From Cyanophora paradoxa CCMP329 (Eukaryota > Plantae > Glaucophyta), in NCBI GenBank assembly GCA_004431415.1, contig QPMI01000508.1:62001-126000 (forward strand): a stretch of DNA of 64,000 nt, given 5' to 3'. Every line of letters begins with the position of its first letter. Position 1 is the stretch's first letter. Below the pieces are notes generated by a model that saw nothing but the letters and a program-made list of their open reading frames with translations, ran no database searches and was not told the origin of the DNA. Made by a program: the position numbers and the translations under genes. Positions 56,700 to 64,000 of the stretch are shown here, one piece after another.

Positions 56700-58047
56700 G
56701 TTCGTGGCGGCCGCCGGCGCGCTCAGGACCTCGAAGGCGTACTTCGGATCGCCGCTGCTGTCTGCGAAGAAGGCGGCCATCTGCGTGCCCAAGGCCAACA
56801 AGTCGACGACGGCTGCCACGATGAACGCGCGGCTCGGCAAGCTCGTGGCGAAGGACACGGCGCTCCTCGTTTGCGATGTGGTGCGCATTTGAGTCGTTGG
56901 ATCCGCGCCGAGCTCGCTGGACCGCCGCTGATGATGTCGCCACCGCGCGCGGCGGCGCCCGTGCGGCCCGCAGCAAGAGAAGTTCCGCAATGGTGCGTAC
57001 CTGTAGCTTTAGCTACGTTGTTCTGAACGCGTTCTGACGTCGTTCGTCGCCCTTTGGCAGTGATCGACAAGTTCCCGAACGTGGTTCACGTTAGCAAGCG
57101 CATGGTGCACTCCTGAGTGGGCCCGCCGCATCTCCGCGGGCGCGTGGACATGCTTGCCTCCTCGCAGGTCGCGGCGGCAAAGCTGCTCGACATGCCCGTC
57201 ATCGTCACCGAGCAGTATCCCGAGAAGCTCGGCAAGACCGGTGCGCGCCGCCCCGCAGTGAGCCGCGCTCGGCCGCCGCTGATCCTCGCGCCGCGTCGCA
57301 GTGAGCGAGATCGACCTCGCCCCGGACACGCCCGTCTTCGGCAAGAAGAAGTTCTCGGTGCGCGCGGACTGAGGGGCCGCCAGGGGGCCCCGGCGCCGGA
57401 GGCGGCCGCGGGGCGCCGCGGGCCGCGCGAGCGGGGCGCGCAGATGATCATCCCCGAGGTGGAGGCGAAGCTGCGCGAGAAAAACGTGAAGAGCGCGCTC
57501 ATCTGCGGCCTCGAGGCGCGCCGCCCCCCTGAGAGGGTCCCCCGGGCCCCGGACGCCGCCTGAGCGCCGCGCCCTCCCCGCAGACGCACGTGTGCGTGCT
57601 GCAGACCTTCCTGGACCTCTCCGAGCGCGGTGCGGCCTCCAGGGCCCCCCGGCCGCCCCGCCGCGAGCGCGCGGGGGCGACGGGCGGCGGCAGGGATCGA
57701 GGTGCACCTGCTCATGGACGGCGTCTCCTCCTCGCGGCCCCTCGAGCGCTACATCGCCATGGAGGCGCCCCGCCCGCCCCGCCCCGCCCCGCCCCGCCGC
57801 CCCTGAGGCGTGCGGGCCGCCCCGCAGCGCATGCGGACGGCGGGGGCGACGCTGACGACGTCGGAGAGCGCCCTCTTCCAGCTCATCGGCAGCGCCGACC
57901 ACCCCAAGGCGCCCCCCGCCCCGCACCCCCGCCCCGCCCCGCCGCCCGGCCCCGCGCCGACCCCGCGCGCAGTTCCGCGAGATCAGCGCCCTGGTCAAGG
58001 AGCCCTTCCCGATCAAGGAGGCCGGGCCCCTCGCCGCCAACCTCTAG
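56698..58047 (+). CDS. Isochorismatase-domain protein (ISOC1/2-like) with putative plastid transit peptide
   Basis: TALLVCDV|QEKFR, PVIVTEQYPEKLGKT, FGKKKFS|M, ICGLE|THVCVLQTFLDL, DGVSSSR, LTTSESALFQL..SADHPK|FREIS. Nine introns. Second in-frame ATG at 56821. Confidence 0.92.
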
Positions 58048-58166
58048 GGACCCCGCCCGCGCCGCGCCTCCGATCCTTCATCTCTGTCTCTTCCAAGAGA
58101 ACACGCGTTATGTTACACTCCTCAGCTGCAGCTGCGCGCGGGTGGCGGCGGTCGCACACGCGCCGC

Positions 58167-58834
58167 TCAGTGCGGCGCGCCTGAGACGCGGCCCTGCGCC
58201 GGGTTGAACTTCGTGTTCCCCACCACCGGATCTAGGCGCGAGACGATGTTGTCCCAGCTGCAGCGAGTGCCCAAATGAGCAAGGAGGTACAGCACAGGCG
58301 TCGACGCAGCTGCGAGGATGGGAAAATTATTGGGTCCCCCGACGCTCCAGCTAGGTGCAACCCGCGTGTGCACGTACGCGGTGCTGCTCAGCGCATGCGC
58401 ATACGCACCGGTACGGATACTCGCGCTTGTCGTCCTCCGAGCGCACGATCTGCGCGCACGCATGCGGCAATTGATTTCATGTGCAGCTGTAGCGAGTTCG
58501 CGTGTACGCGAGACGGGAGTGCTAAGCGCTAGCGACGCTTAAGCATAGACGGCGCGAGAGCGGCGGCGGAGAACTCATCGGCGCAGGCGCACGTAGTACG
58601 GGTCCTCGTCGGAGGCCTTCACGCGCGAGCCGTTGAACTCGAAGCTGTCCGTGTGCATCTGCGCATGCGCAGGGGTGCGTGGTGGCCCTCGGCAGCGCGC
58701 ACGCGTACGCGAGCAAGGGCGGCGCGCCGTGCGCTATCACGAGCGATATGTGAATTCACCTCGCTGATAAAGCCCCGCCGAACGCCGCCGGAGGTGCGGA
58801 ATGAGACGTAGTCGCCGCGATTGTACTTCGACAT
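58167..58834 (-). CDS. Small DUF2945/Hva1 Tudor-like protein (multi-exon)
   Basis: MSKYNRGDYVSFRTSGGVRRGFISE|MHTDSFEFNGSRVKASDEDPYY|IVRSEDD resembles the GDxVxW...G...AS.D.P.Y pattern. Confidence 0.55.
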
Positions 58835-59063
58835 GGCCTCCTTCTTCGCTGCTTCTTCGCGTCAAACTTGGTCGGGGCGGAGGATCCCTGGGCTGCGCGT
58901 ACGCGGGCACTCGCTTCTTCGCAAAATGTCGGGGGGAGCAAACTGTGCGGGCGTACGCGAATCGCGAGTGCACGGGACCTCGTGGGCGTCCGAGCGCGCG
59001 CGCAGCGAGTGGAACCGAGAGTGAGCATCCAGAAGGTGCCGCGCGCTGCGGCGGGGGGCCGCG

Positions 59064-61113
59064 ATGGAGCTCCTCAGCCTAGCGCTCCTTGTCTCCGGCG
59101 GCTTCTCGTTTGCGGCGATTGTTGTCTCCTTCTGGAACATATACCAGCACCTGTGTTACTACACGAAGCCGCAGCGCCAGAACCGCATCATCCGAATCCT
59201 CTTCATGGTCCCCGTGCGTCCGCGCGCGCGCCCGACCCCACAAGGCGCTCACAGAACGCGTCCGAGCTGCGTCCGTCGCCTGCGTTCGCGCCGCGGCCGG
59301 CCGCGATGGGCCGCATCTGCCCTTGCGCGTACGGGCGCGTTGACGGCAACGCCGCCCGCAGATCTATGCGTTCCATTCGTGGGTCTCGCTGTTCTACCTG
59401 CCCGCTGGCAAGTACATCAGCGCGATACGGGACTGGTGCGGCGCGGCGCGGCCGCGCGGCGGCGCCGGGCAGGAAAGTGGTCGAGCTGAGGCGGCGGGCG
59501 CAGCTATGAGGGGTTCGTCATCTACCAGTTCTTCCAGCTCCTGCTGGACTTCCTCGGCGGCGAGGAGCGGCTCGTCCCCGTCCTCGAGTCCAAGCCCCGC
59601 TTCAAGCACATCTTCCCCTTCCACCACCTGCAGCCGTTCCGCCCCGGCCGGTGCGGGCCCGGCGCGGGCGCCGGCGTGCGGGCGGCGGGGCTGACGGGGG
59701 GCGGCGCAGGGAGTTCCTGATGCGGTGCAAGCAGGGGACGCTGCAGTTCGTCTTCGTGAAGCCGTTCATGGCCGTCCTCGCGTTCTTCCTCGAGGCCCGC
59801 CCCGCCCCGCCCCGCCCCGCCCCGCCCCGCCCCGGCCGCGCGGCGGGGGGCGACGGGGCGGGGCGGGGCAGGTGTTCGAGGTGTACGACGAGGGCCACCT
59901 GCAGCTCGACCGCGGCTACCTCTACATCACCCTCGTCGACAACGTCACCGTCACCGTGCGCCGGGCCCCGCCCCCGCCCGCGCCCGTGCGCCCGTGCGCG
60001 GGGCCGAGCGGGGGCGGGGGGGGCCAGGTGGCGGTGTACTACCTGCTGCTCTTCTACCTGGTCTGCCAGCACGAGCTCGTCCCCTACGGGCCCGTCCCCA
60101 AGTTCCTCTGCATCAAGGCCGTCGTCTTCTTCTCCTTCTGGTGCCCCCGCCCCGCCCCCGCCCCAGCCGCGAGGCGGCCCGGCGGTGACGGGGCGGGGGG
60201 CGGGGGCGCAGGCAGGGGGTGCTGATCGCGCTGCTGGTGAAGGTGGGGGTGATCAGCTCGCGGGGCCCCTTCGGGCCGTTCGACGTGCGGGACATCGCGA
60301 CGGGCATCCAGAACTTCCTCATCTGCCTCGAGATGCTCGCCGCCGCCATCGCCCACCTCTCCGCCTTCTCCGCCCACGGCCCGCCCCGCCCCGCCCCGCC
60401 CCGCCCTCCTGCGACGCGGGGCGGGGGCGCGCAGAGTACCAGCCGAGCGGGACCCTCTCCGAGGACGAGGAGAGCATGCACAGCCGCGAGACGGTGCGCC
60501 CCGCCCCGCCCGCGGCGGCCCTGGCGCGGCCGACTCCGGCGGGGGCGGGGCGGGCAGATGCCGCTGCTGAAGGGGATCGGGTCGGCGCTGGCGGTGAGCG
60601 ACGTGCTGGAGGAGACCTACGAGACCTTCCTCGCCCGCCAGCGCGACCCCGGTCCGCCCGCCCCGCCCCGCCCCGCCCCGCCCCGCCCCGCCCGCTCGCC
60701 GCCGACGGCGCGGGGCGGAAGACCGGCGGGAGCTGCGACACTTCGTCTCGCACCGGCCCGAGGTCCTCGCCAAGCGCCGCGAGCAGCAGGCCCGCCCCGC
60801 CCCGTCCGCCCGCCCGCCCGCCCGCCGGGCTGACGCGCGCCGCAGCGGGCGCAGCAGGCGGCGGACGCGGAGCGCCGCGCCCGCGCCGAGGCCGCCCTCC
60901 AGCACGGCGGGGGGCCCTCCCCGGCGCGACCCCCGCCGACGCCGCCGTTGGCGCCGCCGGCGAGCCCTCGGGGGCGGCCGTCGACGAGGCGGGGGTGGGC
61001 CCTCGCTCGGCTCCCAGCTGCTCCCCATCGCCCGCGCCCCGGCGGCCGGGGCCCCGGGCCCCCCCGCGGGGCCCGTCGCCCCTCCCGCCCCCTCGCCGGC
61101 CCCCGCACGATGA
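59064..61113 (+). CDS. TMEM184: TMEM184/OST-alpha (LAZ1-like) transporter (3' end approximate)
   Basis: IYQHLCYYTKPQRQNRIIRILFMVP|IYA, IRDC|YEGFVIYQF, CKQGTLQFVFVKP, PVPKFLCIKAVVFFSFW|QG, IQNFLICLEM. Confidence 0.93.
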
Positions 61114-61267
61114 GAGCCCCGCGCCTTCCCCGTCGCTACAGACGCTGTGCTTCCATAGCTGTACATACGCAGTTCGATCGAATTCTGGTATTCGATTTCT
61201 ACAGGCTCTTGGCCTTCTAAATGCGCATGCCGCTCAACTACGCAGCTCCATGTATTATATTGTGGCA

Positions 61268-61424
61268 CGCCGGATCTGTGATTCGGGACTCGATGATTAA
61301 TCAGCGGCTCTTGGTCGATATATCAGCGGCTCCCGGGCGCCAGGCCGCCGCGCCGGATCTTTGATTGGGGACTCAATAATTAATCAGCGGCTCTTGATTA
61401 GCGGCAGCCAGGCCGCCGCGCCGG
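61268..61424 (+). repeat. Two-copy ~83-bp imperfect tandem repeat
   Basis: CGCCGGATCT.TGATT.GGGACTC.AT.ATTAATCAGCGGCTCTTG begins at 61268 and at 61351. Confidence 0.75.
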
Positions 61425-62076
61425 GCTGCAGCTACGTATACGCGTATACGGGACACCGGCCCGGCGGGCAGCGCGCGCTAGCGCTAGCGCTGGGTCACGG
61501 GGCTCGGCGGGCACGTCCGGCAGGCGTCTTCGTTGGCAGGTGCGCTTTTCATTCTGAATAACGTAAGCTCAGCACAGGCCGCCGGGCTACCGCGCTGCCG
61601 ACGCCTGCCGTTCGGCGCGCCGCTGGCAACGAAAATCAGCATGCGCAGTACCCCGCGCCGGCCCTGGCCACGGAGCCGCTCGAGCTCGGCCCGCAGCGAG
61701 ATTGATATTCAGAGAGCGCTCCGGCGCCTGCACATCGCGCGCACTTCACGCAACGCGCGGAGCGCTGGCCGGCGCGGTCACCGACCGGACGTAGACGCCT
61801 AAGGCTCTCCCCGAGCTCGACCGGTCAGCCCGGCCGCGGCCACGGCGCGGCCCGCCGCGCGCGCCGTGATCATCAAATTCGCTCTCGCAGGGACCGTGTG
61901 AGCGCCTTGAGCGTGACCGCACCTGTACGCGTACGGTACGCGGTCAACTGGTACGTATACCGGCCGCGCGCGGACCAGCAAAACCCGGCGCCGGCGCCGG
62001 GTTTTCTCCGCCCGACTTTCTCCACTGACTCTCCAGAAGTCGCGGCCGGCACAGATATAAATCTATACGGGTCGAA

Positions 62077-64000
62077 ATGGCTCGGGTTCTCATCGGCCGA
62101 CTTGTGTCAACTGTGTTCGGCGGCTCGGCAGCTCATGATCAGCGCATCGAAGTCGCTCGAGCTCAGACGTCGACGTCGACGTCGACGCATGTGCAGTCGA
62201 TGTCATTTCACCGCGAAACAGATTCAGCGGCGACGCCGTCCCCTTTCGACACGCTCCCCGATCACATCCTTTGCCGGATATTCGAGGGCCTCGATCTAAG
62301 GGCCGCAGCCCTCGCGCGCCGGGTCTGCCGCCGCTGGTGTGAAGCGGTCGAGACGAACAACGTACTCTGGCGCCAACTGCGCGTGCAGCTGGGCGAGCCT
62401 GCTCTACATCTCGTCCGCCGGCTCGTCACCGACGTGCTTCGCCTCGCGGCGCAGCGCGGCATTCTCGTCGGATCGCTGTCCGAATCCGACATCAATTGTG
62501 CACGTGGTGTCTTCGAACGCAGCGTCGAGCTCTGCCGTCCATTCCTCGCAGAATCCGCAGCTGCAGCCCATGACGTGTCCGGCCTTTCTCCGGGGGTCGC
62601 GGCCGCCTTCCAAATTCTACGGCTTCAGCCCCGCGTCCGTCAAGAGACACAGAAGCTCAGGCAGAAGGCTGTGCAGTTGTTGAAGCGACCGTGGAATGAA
62701 TTGCTGAACGTGTATTGCGATTCCAAGTGCAAGGCTCATTTGAATGTCAATCTTGATCAGCCGTTCTTCTCCCTCTTCCAGCTGATCGAGCTCGTGGATT
62801 TCGCGGACGCCTTCGACGCCGTCATCTCGGGCATCCTGGCCCCCGCGGCCGACGCGGGCGTGGACCCCCGCCTCAAGGATGCCGCCTTCGCCGCCGTCGC
62901 CGCCAGGTGCGGGCGTAGAAATCGTACATGTATTAATTTAATTTAATTTATACTTATATGTTAGTTTACTATTGCCCTTGAAATCCACTAAGGTATTGAT
63001 AAATGTTCGTATCCTGCAGCTGATACCGATATCGACGTCGACTGAGATTTTGCTTTCCTTCGCAGGATGAGGCAGCTCCTGGTTTGCGTCAAGGTCTACA
63101 ACAAAGTGTTGGTTCGTGTGCTCTTCGAATTCGAAATTGATATCAAAAGCTCGAGGCACATGCACATACACGCACGTATACGCGTGTATTCGCATTGTAT
63201 TGCTCACATCTGCACAGTCAGATGTGAATACGTATACGCGCCTGCGCGCCGTGTGTGACGCGCATATGGCGGATCGTCTTCTCTGCGTGCGTGCACTGCC
63301 AATTTCCAATGCGTCGTGTACGTGTTCACAGCGCAAGCACTCTCAGGAAGATCAGGTCTCTCCTCCCAAGTTCTTTCACCTGTCCGCGGCTGTTTGGGGA
63401 ATTCGAGGCTCGAGCTCACAATCGCACACCGGTACCAAAACAGTTCTGGACGGCCATGAAAAGCGGTGTGTGTGAATACATATTTAATTTCCGGATGCGG
63501 ATACATGTGCATGCACATTGATCAGACGGTTTCTAATATTATTAATACTAATACTGTGCATACGCGGATACTAATACTGCGACGGTTTCCAGATCTCGAA
63601 ATGACGGCATCATATCCTTCATTATTAAGTGCATGAGAGCTCGAGCTCCAGCTGATCCGAATCCACGTCAAAGGCGGCTTATGTCCCGGTATTTCATTTG
63701 CTAAGCTGCAATATACATTAATTTCATCTATAATTTATCATAATTACAACTTAACATGCCCTTCATTTGCATGTCCTCATATTCAATGCAGACGCACGCG
63801 CACATTTGCAAGTTGTTCCTTGGTTACTTTGTTTATGCTGTGTGCTGGAGCGAAGGGGCTCTCCATTGCATCCGACTGGAGGAGCAAGTCCGTGCCCAAC
63901 TTCGGCCGCTCAGACTTCGCTTTCGTGACGTGGATGCTACATGCATATGCGGAGGTGCGGCGATATTGTTACGGCAGGGGTGATTCCCTAGCCAAATCCG
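62077..64000 (+). CDS. F-box protein (large first exon 62077-62906; later exons among AT-rich introns; may run off the window)
   Basis: PFDTLPDHILCRIFEGLDLRAAALARRVCRRWCEAV...LWRQL F-box motif. Confidence 0.75.

Noticed and set aside
61268-61424. CRISPR-like or satellite array
   Set aside because: Only two degenerate copies, no unique spacers, no cas genes, eukaryotic context.
1-64000. tRNA, rRNA or snRNA genes, or a functional gene cluster
   Set aside because: No recognisable RNA gene by eye (a covariance-model search is needed). Neighbouring genes have unrelated functions.

Overview
Gene-dense, very GC-rich eukaryotic nuclear DNA, not prokaryotic. The ORF track is mostly misleading because nearly every gene is split by short (~45-90 nt) spliceosomal introns. 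Manual splicing recovers about 28 genes, often in head-to-head pairs with ATGs 0-230 bp apart. Recognisable genes: a signal-peptide-bearing HMW1C/NGT-like GT41 glycosyltransferase, TRAPPC4, organellar PheRS, an SDR, cyanobacterial-type HemW, a TTP-family tandem CCCH protein built from micro-exons, PAF-acetylhydrolase, a ThrRS-N/uridine-kinase fusion, coilin, a Vps4/katanin-clade AAA ATPase, a ZIP transporter, a DnaJ-type Zn-finger protein, API5, an NHL-PKD-TRP-like membrane protein, peptidase C26, LENG8/Thp3, isochorismatase, TMEM184 and an F-box protein. The cyanobacterial-type HemW and a Phe-initial transit peptide suggest a primary-plastid alga, possibly a glaucophyte (inference). The strongest system-level signal is intron architecture. 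Gene-body introns have a C-rich (CCCCG)n 5' arm, a branch motif, and a G-rich 3' arm instead of a polypyrimidine tract, so the ends can fold back. GC donors are very frequent, and this style begins only several hundred bp downstream of each start codon. A 293-bp TGT...ACA element with a 4-bp TSD is also present. CDS coordinates are outer gene bounds including introns. All family calls are motif recognition by eye, not database searches.
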